A stretch of 64,000 nucleotides of DNA from Camelus dromedarius. Lineage: Eukaryota. The stretch's first letter is position 1. Every line of letters begins with the position of its first letter. The notes under the pieces are model-generated. The model was not told where the DNA came from. It was given only the letters and a program-made list of their open reading frames with translations, and did not search any database. This document shows, piece after piece, positions 48,721-61,824 of the stretch. The stretch covers positions 29,512,001 to 29,576,000 of the forward strand of contig NC_087440.1 of assembly GCF_036321535.1 (NCBI RefSeq), in the 5' to 3' direction. The position numbers and the translations under genes were made by a program.

Positions 48721-49948
48721 ATAATAACATTAAGGTCATACATGTCCAAATGTTCAGTTATTAGAGATTAAGTGAATTATCATATGTTCAAATTACAGAA
48801 TATTGTACAGATATCAAACAGATATTCAAAATCATATTTTGAAATATAACTGATGAGTTGGGAAAATGTTAACAATATATTGCTGCTTAATCTTTTTTTC
48901 CAAAATAGAAAAGACTTACATAAGTGTTTCCAAACTTATTTTGTAATTAAGAAAATACAGGAAGGAATTACATAGAAAATTTCACAGTTGCAATCTTTTA
49001 GTAAAATTATAGGTGATTTTGCTCTGCTTCTTGATATGTTTTACAAATTTACTATGATAAGCTTGTCATTTTCTTCTTACCAAATTTTTTTTAAAATGTT
49101 AACTCAAAAATATCAACTTGACAGTGTTAAAGAAGATGTATTCTTTATATCTAATTCTCTCAGAGTGAAATGGGGGGATCTTGCTTCAGGAAGTGAAGCA
49201 AAATGGGACTCTGGTCTGGAGTCTCGGTGCTACTAGCTGAAGCAGCCACTGGTGAACTTTCAGCAGCAAAATCTGGAAAGAACTTGGATGATAGACCCCG
49301 TCCTCAAAACTAAAACTGGCTCAGAACTGATATACCTTCAAGAACAAAATAAAGCATACATAAAATGCACAGATACACAAGCAAACTTTTTATATCTTGT
49401 ATTTCCTATAAATGTTCTTGGAGATTTTACTTGCTGCCTAGAGCTCATTTAGGACACAAGTGCTGCATGTGTAGTTTTTGAGACATCGTCAGTGTCCTTT
49501 TAATAGCACAGTGGCTTAAACTAATCACATAAATAGACTTAAGTATGACAGAAGTTTCCGCTTCTTGGTTTTGGGCGCTCTCCTCCAACCTGTCCTCCTT
49601 TATATAATCTGCATTTTCTCTTATCTATCTCAATTCCTCAAGCTTCCTCACAGAAAGTCAGCCCTGGAGAATAATCTGAAATTGTAAATAAATTACACAG
49701 TCACCAGTAAATAAGTTGTTAAGACCATTATAGTATGTACACATGATAGAATGTCTTACCAGTAAGAAGATAGTTTTAAAGACTGTCCCAAAATATGAGT
49801 AAAGACTTAAGAGATGCTATTAAGTGAGAAAAATAAGATTCAAAATTGTTATAGTATAATTAGAAAAGAATTAGAAATGAAAAAAATGGGGAATATGCAG
49901 TAAGGTATTAATAACAATTTGACTTAGGTGGACTAGTGGTGCCATTAA

Positions 49949-50473
49949 TTTAACAGGGAAGAATAAATCTGACTCCATGTTAGATCTCTTCCTTTAGCTC
50001 TAACCCAGAGCTCCCATTTCCTGTGCTCAGTCATGCTGGTTCTTCACCTTTTGCAAAGGAATGTTGCCTATAGCCTGAAATATACAGGATAACCCATTCT
50101 CAAGCTTCTAACCTTTAAGGGTATAACACTTTTCCATTCATGTAAAGATAAAAAGTTGCAGAACAGAGAATAACATTCGTGTTGTTGGAGGTTTACAGGA
50201 ACATCATGACCTGACCTACCTACATGGACAGCTGAAAGAACAAAGGATTTTGACACTAAGAAGTTTGAAACAACCAACTACACCCTCTCCCTTTTTTAGT
50301 ATAAAAGGAGCCTGAATTCTGACTTGGGTAAGATGGTTCTCCAGGACATTAGTCTGCCATCTTCTCTGTCTGCTGGCTTTCCGTATAAAATCATTATTCC
50401 TGGCCCCAACACCTTGTCTCTCGATTTATTGGCTTGTCATGCAGTGAGCAGAGTGAGTTTGGACTCGGCAACA
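49949..50473 (+). mobile_element. ERV1-type solo LTR, 525 bp
   Basis: 4-bp TSD ttaa (49945-49948, 50474-50477), start t[t]taacaggg, TATA box (tataaaa) near 50300, end ctcggcaaca. Confidence 0.75.
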
Positions 50474-51979
50474 TTAATACTGTTTTCTATATTTCTGTAT
50501 TTGCCAATTTTCTGACATAGTGTAAATGCAAAGAGCAAATAACTATCAGTGGTACACAACTTAAAATGATTAACACTTGTATGTGCAAAAGGCACTAATG
50601 GTGTTATTTCTGGGAATACAGTGCATAGAAGAGGTATTTTGAGAGATTTGGTCTGGTGAGTCTCAGGCCTTTGAAACTGTCTCCCTAAAACAGTCTCCTC
50701 CTCAAGAGTAGTCAGTATCAGCCCTGTGTGGGGGAAATTGACACAACTTGTGTATTTCAATAAGCTGTTTCCTCAATAGTTGTGTCATTAGCTTTCTCTG
50801 TATCATTCAAAGCCACTCTATTTATGCATCCAGGAACTTTTCCTGATTTTCCTCTTGATTTTCATTACATAACACAAGCTGCCTGAGACTGTCTTTAACA
50901 GTTTAGGCACAAATGAATGATATTATTGACCCAGAACTACATCCCACCCTAGAAACCAACTTCTGTTCACATTGTTATTATAGGAACTCCCTGAGCTATG
51001 GCTTAATATTGATAAAATGCACACTATCTCCCCATCTCACACATACTCAAAGGTGGTATTTAGATACTATAATCATGTATTTTCTCTATCCCACAATATT
51101 CTTTCCCTCCTTGGAAACATTCTTTCACTCACTTACTCATTTTTTAAAAATTTACTCATCTCCCAAACATTTATTGGGTGTCTCTTATGTGCCAAGTGTT
51201 GGGCCCAGGCTTGGGCAAATAAGGAAGTTCAAAATACTCACAGACTTTAGAGACTAAAAAAGGAAGACAATGATGGATATATGAAGTATATACATGACTA
51301 TGAGAGTATACTCCTGAACAAAACTACATGAGTTTTTGTTTTTTGTTTTTTAACATTTTTTTATTGAGTAATAGTCATTTTACAATGTTGTGTCAAATTC
51401 CAGTGTAGAGCACAATTTTTTGGTTATACATGAACATACATACATTCATTGTCACATTTTCTTTCGCTGTGAGCTACCACAAGATCTTGTATATATTTCC
51501 CTGTGCTATACAGTATAATCTTGTTTATCTATTCTACATTTTGAAATCCCTGTTTGTCCCTTCCCACCCCCTGCCCCCTTGGCAACCACAAGTTTGTATT
51601 CTATGTCTATGAGTCTGTTTCTGTTTTGTATTTATGTTTTTGTTTTTGTTTTTGTTTTTTAGATTCCACATATGAGCGATCTCATATGATATTTTTCTTT
51701 CTTTTTCTGGCTTAGTTCACTTAGAATAACATTCTCCAGGAACATCCATTTTGCTGCAAATGGCGTTATGTTGTCAGTTTTTATGGCTGAATAGTATTCC
51801 ATTGTAGAAATATACCACTTCTTCTTTATCCGGTCATCTATTGATGGACATTTAGGCTGTTTCCATGTCTTGGCTATTGTAAATAGTGCTGCTATGAATA
51901 TTGGGTTGCAGGTGTCATTTTGAAGTAGGGCTCCTTCTGGATATATGCCCAGGAGTGGGATTCCTGGGTCATATGGTAA

Positions 51980-52220
51980 NNNNNNNNNNNNNNNNNNNNN
52001 NNNNNNNNNNNNNNNNNNNNNNNNNNNNNNNNNNNNNNNNNNNNNNNNNNNNNNNNNNNNNNNNNNNNNNNNNNNNNNNNNNNNNNNNNNNNNNNNNNNN
52101 NNNNNNNNNNNNNNNNNNNNNNNNNNNNNNNNNNNNNNNNNNNNNNNNNNNNNNNNNNNNNNNNNNNNNNNNNNNNNNNNNNNNNNNNNNNNNNNNNNNN
52201 NNNNNNNNNNNNNNNNNNNN
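51980..52220. other. N-run, 241 nt, inside an L1
   Basis: Counted from the sequence. Confidence 0.95.
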
Positions 52221-52965
52221 TTTGTATTTCTTCCTTGGAGAATTGCCTGTTTAGGTCTTTTGCCCCTTTTTGAATTGGGTTGTTTGTTTCTTATTAAGTC
52301 ATATGAGCTGCTTATATATTCTGGAGATCAAGCCTTTGTCAGTTTCATTTGCAAAAATTTTCTCCCATTCCATAGGTTGTCGTTTTGTTTTATTTATGGT
52401 TTCCTTTGCTGTGCAGAAGGTTGTAAGTTTAATTAGGTCCCACTGTTTATTCTTGCTTTTATTTCTATTGCTTGGGTAGACTGTCCTAGGAGAAGATTTT
52501 TGAGATGTATGTCAGATAATGTTTTGCCTATATTTTCTTCTAGGAGGTTTATTGTATGTTGTCTTATGTTTAAGTCTTTAATCCATTTTGAGTTGATTTT
52601 TGTATATGGTGTAAGGGAGTGTTCTAGCTTCATTGTTTTACATGCTGCTGTCCAGTTTTCCCAACACCATTTGCTGAAGAGACTGTCTTTATTCCAATGT
52701 ATATTCTTGCCTCCTTTGTCAAAGATGAGTTGACCAAAAGTTTGTGGGTTCATTTCTGGGCTCTCTATTCTGTTCCATTGGTCTATATGTCTGTTTTGGT
52801 ACCAATACCATGCTGTCTTGATGACTGTAGCTCTGTAGTATTGTCTGAAGTCTGGGAGAGTTATTCCTCCAACCTCTTTCTTTTTCTTCAGTAATGTTTT
52901 GGCAATTCTAGGTCTTTTGCAGTTCCATATAAATTTTATTATGATTTGTTCTAGTTCTGTGAAAT

Positions 52966-53126
52966 NNNNNNNNNNNNNNNNNNNNNNNNNNNNNNNNNNN
53001 NNNNNNNNNNNNNNNNNNNNNNNNNNNNNNNNNNNNNNNNNNNNNNNNNNNNNNNNNNNNNNNNNNNNNNNNNNNNNNNNNNNNNNNNNNNNNNNNNNNN
53101 NNNNNNNNNNNNNNNNNNNNNNNNNN
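52966..53126. other. N-run, 161 nt, inside L1 ORF2
   Basis: Counted from the sequence. Confidence 0.95.
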
Positions 53127-53600
53127 GTGTATAATTTTTTCACCTCCTTGGTTAGATTTACTCCCAGATATTTTATTACTTTGTGTGCTATTTTAAAGAG
53201 GATTGTTTCTTTACTTTCTTTTTCTGTTGATTCATCATTAGTGTAAAGAAATGCAACTGATTTTTAACATTAATCTTGTAACCTGCTACCTTGATGAATT
53301 CTTCAATCAGCTCTAGTAGTTTTTGTGTGGACCTTTTAGGGTTTTATATATATAGTAACATGTCATCAGCATATAGTGACACTTTTACCTCTTCTTTTTC
53401 AATTTGGATCCCTTTTATTTCTCTTTCTTGCCTGATTGCTGTGGCTAGGATTTCCAAGACTATGTTGAATAGGAGTGGTGATAGTGGGTAGCCTTGTCTT
53501 GTCCCAGATTTTAGTGGGAAGCTTTTGAGTTTTTCACCATTGAATACTATGCTGGCTGTAGGTTTGTCATATATAGCTTTTATTATGTTGATATATGTTC

Positions 53601-53944
53601 NNNNNNNNNNNNNNNNNNNNNNNNNNNNNNNNNNNNNNNNNNNNNNNNNNNNNNNNNNNNNNNNNNNNNNNNNNNNNNNNNNNNNNNNNNNNNNNNNNNN
53701 NNNNNNNNNNNNNNNNNNNNNNNNNNNNNNNNNNNNNNNNNNNNNNNNNNNNNNNNNNNNNNNNNNNNNNNNNNNNNNNNNNNNNNNNNNNNNNNNNNNN
53801 NNNNNNNNNNNNNNNNNNNNNNNNNNNNNNNNNNNNNNNNNNNNNNNNNNNNNNNNNNNNNNNNNNNNNNNNNNNNNNNNNNNNNNNNNNNNNNNNNNNN
53901 NNNNNNNNNNNNNNNNNNNNNNNNNNNNNNNNNNNNNNNNNNNN
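53601..53944. other. N-run, 344 nt, at the L1 5' truncation end
   Basis: Counted from the sequence. Confidence 0.95.
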
Positions 53945-53950
53945 AATGAG

Positions 53951-54220
53951 CAAAACTACAGGAGTTTTGATATCAGCTCACCACTTAACTAGCTGTGTTA
54001 GCTTCAGAAGATTACATAACCACTCAGTGTCTCAAATCCTCATTTATAATGGGTATACAAAATTTACACTATATTGTAAGAATTTAGTAAAATTACTTGG
54101 GAAGGGAATTCCTCACAAAGTGCACATTGAAAAAGGTAGATAGATAGATAATAACAATAGATTAGTTTAGAGAATTAATGTAAGTTAGTAATTACAGAAT
54201 GTTTAGAACAAGGTCTGGCT
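53951..54220 (+). mobile_element. MIR (5' part at about 51285-51336, split off by the L1)
   Basis: cagctcaccacttaactagctgtgt..tctcaaatcctcatttataatggg. Confidence 0.6.
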
Positions 54221-54224
54221 TTAA

Positions 54225-55105
54225 AGAAAAAGTAGAAAAAATCTTTTAAGAATCATATGTGGTTTATAAAGAAAAAATACAGAAAATTCAACAAAATTGA
54301 TAAACTTTAGTTATAGTGACAGAGAAAGAAGAGAAAAACTCAAATAACATACATCATAAATTAAAGTGTGGACATTACTACCAACTTTACAGAAATAAAG
54401 ATTATAAAAGCCAACAAATTATATAACCTAGATGAAATCAACAAATCCCTAAAACACACAAACTATCAAATGTATATCTCAAAAAGATATAGACATCTGA
54501 ATAGACCAATAACAAGTAAGGAGATTAAAAGCGTAATCAGAAACCTAGAACAAAAATAACTCAAGGACCAGATGGCTTCACTGGTGAACTCTACCTAACA
54601 CTGAAAGAAGAGATCTTTCTCAAACTCTTCAAAAAATAGGAATAAGCATTTCATAATTCATTCAAAAATCTAGTATTATCCTAATACCAAAGCCAGAAAA
54701 AGACATGACAAGATAAGAAAACCACAGACCAATATCCCTAATGAATATAGATGCAAAAATCATCAACAAATACTGGCAAACAGAATTCACTAGCATATTA
54801 AAAGAATTATACACCATGACCAAGTGGGATTTATCCCAGGAATGCAAAGACAGTTCAACTTATGAAAATCAAGTAATATAATACACTGCATTAGTAGCTT
54901 GAGGGGAGCAAACCACATGATCATCTCAACAGAAGCAGAAAAAGCATTTGATAAAAGCCAACACCCTTTCATGGCAAAAACACTCAACAAACTAGGAATA
55001 AAAAGGAATTTCCTCAAACTGACAAAGAATATTTATGAAAAACTCACAGCTAACATTATATTCAATGATCCCCCTAAGTCCAAGAGCAAGATCAGATGTT
55101 TTCAG
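54225..55105 (+). mobile_element. Older L1 ORF2 remnant
   Basis: ggaccagatggcttcactggtgaactctac, accatgaccaagtgggatttatcccaggaatgcaa; multiple stops. Confidence 0.8.
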
Positions 55106-55139
55106 AATAAATTTCTTAAATCTTTAAAGTAACAACAGA

Positions 55140-55610
55140 TTCCCAACAGAAAAATGGACAAGACTTAAAAAAGTCATTTCACAAAAAAGAGTATATCCAA
55201 ATATAACACAGGATGTGTCTAAATGTTAAAAAAAAAAAAAAAATGACATAGCCAAGGACCAGCAAATAATGCAAAATAATGGGGTTGTCATCTACTACTC
55301 ATGAGAGGGTACATTTGGCAAACATTTTGGAATACTTTCTGACGTTATCTGTTAAAGTTTAACATAGGTGTCCCCTTGAATTCATCATTTTACATATATA
55401 TATATATTATATATGTATATTATATATAATATAAATACCTGCAAATATACACCAAGAGATATGCAGAATACTATTCATTGCAGTGTTATTCATTACAGCC
55501 CCAAACTAGAAGCAACTCAAATGTCCCAACAATAGGGTAAAGACTTGTGGTATATTCATTCAAAGAACTATTATACAGCAAGGAAAAATGAGCTACAGTT
55601 ATATGAAAAA
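55140..55610 (+). mobile_element. Old L1 (L1ME-like) ORF2 end/3' region
   Basis: cagccccaaactagaagcaactcaaatgtcc. Confidence 0.55.
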
Positions 55611-55649
55611 CCACATTTTTTTTTCATTTTGAAATGAAAAAAAAAAAAA

Positions 55650-56222
55650 GGCCAGATCTTTTAATTATTCCCTCAAACACTTCCAGTGATCCCTTCTTAC
55701 AGTGCAAGCCAAAGTCTTTACAATAGCCTACAAAGCCCTGACTGATCTGCCCTCACCCTGTTTCCTCTCTGCTGTCATGTCCCATTGCTTACACTGCTAC
55801 AGCCACACCAGCCTCCTTGCTCTTTCTCCAACATGTTATACTTTCTTTGGCCTCTGTCTTCTATAATTAAATATTCTTTTTGCCTGGAATACAGTTCTCC
55901 CAGATATCAAAAAATATTTGTCCTTTCACTTTTAAGACATTGTTTAACTCACCTTCTGTGAGGCTTTCCTTAGCACTCTATTTAAAATTATAATCCCATC
56001 ATTCTAGCATTCTTTCCTCCTTCCCTGCTTTCTTTTCTTCTCCATATTATTTTCTAATATACATGTAATTATCTTATTTAGGTTATTTATTTTCTTCTTC
56101 TTCCAATAAAATGTAGATACCATGAAGACAGGAGTTTGGGGGTGAGTTCTACAATATCCCTGGTATCTGAAATAGTGATTGGCATATGATAGGTATTCAA
56201 TAAATATTTGTGGAATAACTGA
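55650..56222 (+). mobile_element. L2a-like 3' portion
   Basis: caatagcctacaaagccctg..taggtattcaataaatatttgtggaat. Confidence 0.7.
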
Positions 56223-56249
56223 AAGCCAATTAAATTTCTTAAGCTGCCA

Positions 56250-56620
56250 ACTTTTCCCCTGGTTTACTGACATATAATTGACATGTAACATTGTATAAGT
56301 TTAAGGTATATAACCTGATGATTTGATATACATATGTAGTAAAATGATTACCACAATAAGGTTAGTTGATACCTCTGTTGCCTCACATAATTACCTTTTT
56401 TTTGGAGGTGGGTGGTCATGAGAAGATGTAAGATCTACTTTCTTGGCACCTTTCAAGTATATAATATAGTTTGCTAACTGTAGTCACCATCTGTACATTA
56501 AACTTACTCATCTTATAGCTGGAAGTTCGTATCCTTTGACCAACATCTCCGCATTTCCTTCACCCTGCCAGCCCCTGGCAGTTCACTATTCTACTTTCTA
56601 TTTCTATGAGTTTGAGTTGT
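56250..56620 (-). mobile_element. L1MA9-like 3' end
   Basis: atgattaccacaataaggttagtt..cctttgaccaacatctcc. Confidence 0.7.
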
Positions 56621-58454
56621 AAGTTCTTTTTGTTCTAAATAAAATGCATCTCAAATATCTCTAACAAACTATGCAAGTACAGATATCTGATGGACAAAGA
56701 ATGATTTCTTCTTCTTCAAAATAGATACAGGGAACCCAGTGGTAAAGCTTCCTATTGTAACTATTATGACAATCCCAATTATTATTTAATTATTCCCCAG
56801 GAACCTTCAATTATACATGGATAGTAGAGAACTTAAAAAATTGAATCAAATTCCACATCTTCGCTATTCTTTGGAGAATACTAAGACTTGGTGTTTGATT
56901 ATAAGTAAATGAAAATTTTAAATGATCTCCTCTTTTAAACAAATACTAACAAATCATCAAGAGAGAAAGTCCCCAGTCCCAAAAGATCATGACACAAGGA
57001 AGTATGCGTATATATTACCTTCATCTGTGCTTTCGTCTTGACCATGAACATGTGCCTTGAAGCTGGAGAAAAATATCTTGTAGGGTTCACCTTTTGCATT
57101 GCATGAAAGATTACAAACTGGATCATCCAATTTCTTGGAAGTCCCTCACATGCCTTTTGCTCCATGGAGTAATACTTTGTTTCCCATCTCTGAACGTCTT
57201 CTCAGCATTCATCTGAGGGATGAAAGGGAAACTGTAACATGTGAGCCATGTGTGCTCCAATTTTTTTCAAAAAGAATTTAATAGGAAGCGTTTTCTTATC
57301 TTCAAGAAAACTGAAAATACTATGATGAAATGCTGGCCAAAAAAAAAAAAATAAAGCCTAAAAATACAGGTTCCCTTCTTGTTTCCTTAAGTTCTGGAAG
57401 ATATTTTTCACTTAGTTATCTCTCTAAAAGGTAAATAAGAGGTATAAACAAAGAGGCTTAAGATTTCGAGTGAAGATGCGTATTAACTCATAAATTGCTG
57501 GAGAAGAATTTATTTGGGTGATTTCTGTTGCTTGGTGAGTAAAGGAAATATGACAAATCTTTCATTTCAGAGATATCTTCTTTCCCAACACCATATATTT
57601 GCCTTTCAGTTCAGTTAGATTAATGAGCCCTGCTTTAATGTGTACTTATTCTTTCTGAAGGAACGGTTTTTTTCAGCATGTATGAGTTTTTGTTGTACAT
57701 ACAAGATTTACTCTAAATCTGTCATTGGACAATTGCTATCCCCAGTAAATATTCCAAAACAAAAAGGGTAAGTATCAATAATGATTCAAAACAAATCCTT
57801 TGTCAACGACATTTCTCTACGGAAACTAAATTACGTGAGATGGCTGACACTATTATCATGAGTGAAAAGGACACAGGAATGTCTAAAGGACAGAGAAATA
57901 ATCCACTGGAATATAAATATATCTTTCAAACAAGGTATTAGGAGACATGATTCCTCAAAAGTTCTGTTAGGATAAGTGAATTCTTTCTTTAAAAATATTA
58001 ACAGATTTTTAGACAACACATAGAGCCAAGCATTTAGCTGGCTTAATTTACTACATCCATATTTATACAATCCAAAGGGCAATGAGGATCTATAAATAGT
58101 AGCTCTTCCAATTTAGGTGCCATCTCAGTTGTCAAATAAAACAGTCAACCATCTAGGGGGTCTGACTTAGGAACCCTGATACTATCTCCCTATACAGAAA
58201 GATGTCAATAACTTCCCTGACTCTAAGTCTTGGATTCCCACCTTGAAAAGACTTCCTTGATTTATTAAATATTCTTTATAAAATTCAAAAATATTTCCAG
58301 TATTGGAAAACAAATCAAAGTTGAGCAAAACTGTATTAAAAGTTTACTATTAACTTCTTTATTATAAGCTCCATAAGCGGAAGACCTGTCATATCCATAG
58401 CTGTTTCTCCAGCGCTTAAAAGACTACTTGACACAAGGAAGATGTTAATAAAAT

Positions 58455-58975
58455 GTTTTGGCTGAGTAATATTCCATTACACTGGACTGTTACTGGTATA
58501 ATAATCTTCCTCATCCATTCATCTCTTAATGGACACTTGGGTTGCTTCCATACCTGCCATTTGCAGCAATACAGAAGGACCTAGAGAGTATTCTGCCCAG
58601 TGAAATAAAGTCAGACAAAGACAAATACTATATGATACCAGTTATATGTGGAATCTAAAATAATAATAAAAATAATAATAATCAAGAATATATAACAAAA
58701 CAGAAACAGACTCATAGATATAGAAAACAAACTAATGTTTAATAATGGGGAGAGGGAAAGTGGGAGGGGGAAGGATAATGTTAGAAGTATAGGATCCCGA
58801 AATACAAACTAGTATGTATACAATAGATAAGCAACAAGGATATACCATATAGCCTGGAGAATTATAGCCATTATTGTGTAATAACTTCTAATGTAGTATA
58901 ATCTGTAAAATTACTGAATCACTATGCTGGACCTGAAATAATACAATACTGTCAATCAAAAAGGAAAAAGAAATA
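58455..58975 (+). mobile_element. L1 3' end with an inverted 5' segment (twin-priming type)
   Basis: 58455-58554 is antisense L1 (tggctgagtaatattccatt..ttgggttgcttccata) joined to sense L1 from tgccatttgcagc to the A-rich tail. Confidence 0.7.
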
Positions 58976-59232
58976 ATTTTGAATGAATTATTTTGGCTCA
59001 TGTAATAGGTCAGAGTAAGGTTCTGAGGAAACAAGAGAACTGAGTTTTGACTCAATAACAACTACTTGGGATGGAAGCCACCAAGGGGCGAGAAATGAGA
59101 AGTTTCTTGCTTTAGAGTTGCCCAGGTGGGAAAGGCCTAAATGGGGCTTAGTGAGATGTAAAAAGACACCAGAATTCTGCCTAAAATGAAGAACATGAAA
59201 AAGGGCTGTGAATAAAGGAATATGGAAATCAC

Positions 59233-59270
59233 CACACACACACACACTATATATATATATATATATATAT
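59233..59270. repeat. Compound (CA)n(TA)n microsatellite
   Basis: Read directly. Confidence 0.9.
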
Positions 59271-59894
59271 GTCTTTCCACTTTTTTTGCAGCTCACTTGA
59301 CCATGGGTACCATATACAGGCACACTGAACTTGACCCATCACTGAGACAGATGGCTCATCCTTACATCAACTGCCATAATGGGCATATTACACCTTGAGT
59401 AAGCTGGAGGAACTGAAAGTGCGAATGAGAATTAATTTATGTTCTGTCATGGCACTTCATTGAGACAGAGTGTTTTACAATATCTTGACTTCATTTTTAT
59501 CATATGAGTTATAAATAATAATCGGATATTCATAGTATAATTGAAAGAACTTCACATGCACAGACAGACACATATAGTATCAGTAGTGCAGGTAAACAGC
59601 TGAAAAAGCAGACTAATACAGTTAGTTTGTCAGAATCACAGTTTATACTCTTTAGCATTCTTAGAAAGGTAAAAAATTGTCTCTAATTCATGTTTTCCCT
59701 CTTTTCAATTATTGTGACTTTTAAAAACAATATATGCTCAGGTGCTGGGTCATGAGAGTCACCATTTTGTTGCTTAAGGAAAAATCTGTTTACAACTTTA
59801 TGAAATAAAAGGTAAAGAAATTAGGTGTTTTCAGGAAGAATCAGCATAGTCCATTCAAGTGCAGTAACCATGTCATCTCCGTGTCTTCCAGACC

Positions 59895-60848
59895 ATGAAT
59901 GTGTCCGAAAGAGAAACCACCCGCTTCGTTAGCCACTTTATCCTCATGGGCTTCCCCTCAAGCCCAGAGATGCAGCTCCTCTACTTCGGGTTCTTCTCAG
60001 CAGCCTATACACTGACCCTGGTGGGGAACACAGCCATTGTCTGTGCCGTGTGGTGGGACCAGCGCCTTCACACTCCCATGTACATCCTCTTGGGGAATTT
60101 CTCTTTCCTGGAAATATGTTATGTCACCACAACCATCCCTAACATGTTGGTCAACTTCCTGTCCACGATCAAGTCCATCTCCTTTGTGAGCTGCTTTGCA
60201 CAGTTCTACTTCTTCTTCTCCTTTGGGTGTGACGAGGGCTTCTACCTTTGCATCATGGCCTTTGACAGGTACCTTGCCATCTGCCGTCCGCTGCATTACT
60301 CACGCATCATGACTAAACAGCTGTACACTGGTCTTGTCATCTTTGGCTGGTCCTGTGGCTTCATCCTCTTCCTAACCCCAGTTGTTCTCATTTCACACTT
60401 GCCCTATTGTGGCCCAAATATCATAGACCATTTTTTGTGTGATCCTGTCCCGTTGATGATGCTGTCCTGTTCTGAAGACACCACCACACAATTCATTTAC
60501 TCCACTGTCAATGCTATTTTCATGATTGGCACCTTTCTCTTCATCCTTTGCTCTTACGCTCTGGTGATTCTGGCTGTGCTGAGGATGCCCTCAGCAGCGA
60601 GCAAACGCAAGGCTTTCTCCACTTGTGCTTCTCATCTGGCTGTGGTAGTTCTGTTTTTTGGTCCTGTTATGGTGATGTATGTTAGTCCTGGGTCAGGACA
60701 CTCAGTAGAAATGCAAAAAATCATTACTTTGTTTTATTCTGTGATAACACCCCTCTGCAATCCTCTAATCTACAGTCTCCGGAACAAGGAGATGAAGGCT
60801 GCCCTAAGGAGAGCTTTTGGGACTGAAATACCTGTTCATAAAACATAA
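59895..60848 (+). CDS. Olfactory receptor family 11, intact, 317 aa
   Basis: LHTPMYILLGNFS, MAFDRYLAICRPLHY, KAFSTCASHL, PLCNPLIYSLRN; NVS glycosylation site; acceptor tcttccag directly before accATG. Confidence 0.93.
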   Translation: MNVSERETTRFVSHFILMGFPSSPEMQLLYFGFFSAAYTLTLVGNTAIVCAVWWDQRLHTPMYILLGNFSFLEICYVTTTIPNMLVNFLSTIKSISFVSCFAQFYFFFSFGCDEGFYLCIMAFDRYLAICRPLHYSRIMTKQLYTGLVIFGWSCGFILFLTPVVLISHLPYCGPNIIDHFLCDPVPLMMLSCSEDTTTQFIYSTVNAIFMIGTFLFILCSYALVILAVLRMPSAASKRKAFSTCASHLAVVVLFFGPVMVMYVSPGSGHSVEMQKIITLFYSVITPLCNPLIYSLRNKEMKAALRRAFGTEIPVHKT

Positions 60849-61084
60849 ATCAGGCATCATAGTGAGCAAAGTCCCAACAGGACTTATCTCAAGGATATGA
60901 GCAAGACAGTTCTCCAGAAAACTGAATAATTTGGGTTAGGGAACTGTTACAATAAAGCCCATTATCCAACCTTGACAGGATAACTTCCTTTTCTCCCAGA
61001 TCGTCTCATGGGACTATTACTCCACTGAATGTTTTGAGGACAGTTACTTCATCTATTATATACAGCAGTGCTCTGGAGCAAATT

Positions 61085-61190
61085 ATTACCAATGCTACGT
61101 TAGTAAATCAGAAAAGTAACAGTTTCAGCGAGGTTCAAGAATTTCTTTAACATCACACAACTAGTAAATGATAATGGAACCAGAAGTTTA
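61085..61190 (-). mobile_element. MIR fragment
   Basis: gaggttcaagaattt..cacacaactagtaaatg. Confidence 0.45.
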
Positions 61191-61824
61191 CTGCAGCAGA
61201 TGGTTTTTGGCAAGCTTCTATTTTCAGCTGCAGTTGTATTGAATAGTTCTGCATGAATTTTAACTCATACTAACTGCGTCCTCCTTGAAAGAAAACACCA
61301 CGTATCTCAAATTTCTGTCTCAGAGATTCTCAGAAGTCACCAGAGCCCCACAGCCTATACCTAAGGGCAGCCTTGAAATGTTACAGTATCAGTACAGATG
61401 GATGACTGCATCAAACATTTTTTTTTCTGGAAGATTTTCCCTATGCATTTCAGAGGCCCTAAAATACAGTCTCCTTCTGCAGTAACCAAAGAGGTGACAC
61501 AGCCGTTGTCAAAGCAACGAAGAACCAACAGAAGTTTTTATAAGCAAGTCATTGAGGGAGGAAGTTAAAAATGAGTGTCCAATGTAGTATGAAAGGATTA
61601 GTGGGTCTAAGACTTCCAGGTACATCACTGCTGCTTCCAAAATGAAGAATCAGAGTAACCTTAAGTTAGCACTAGAAGAAGAAACTGGAAGCAAGGGCAA
61701 CAGTAAAAGGACCTTGTTAATGCTACCAGACGTGTTTGCCCCCAAGTTACTTTCTGCGGGAACTAGTGAACTTGAATAGGGTTAGTGGGCTACTTCCAGT
61801 CTCGCTGCCTCTGTCAGCGCAAAG

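Larger units (their letters stand above)
51337..53950 (-). mobile_element. Young 5'-truncated camelid-type L1 (about 2.6 kb) with an ORF2 C-terminal remnant, inserted into a MIR
   Basis: ORF2 peptide [22 protein letters not shown]...; TSD caaaactaca[t/g]gagtttt at 51319-51336 and 53951-53968. Confidence 0.9.

Noticed and set aside
52433-53143. 236-aa minus-strand ORF as a host gene
   Set aside because: It is an L1 ORF2 C-terminal fragment within a 5'-truncated element.
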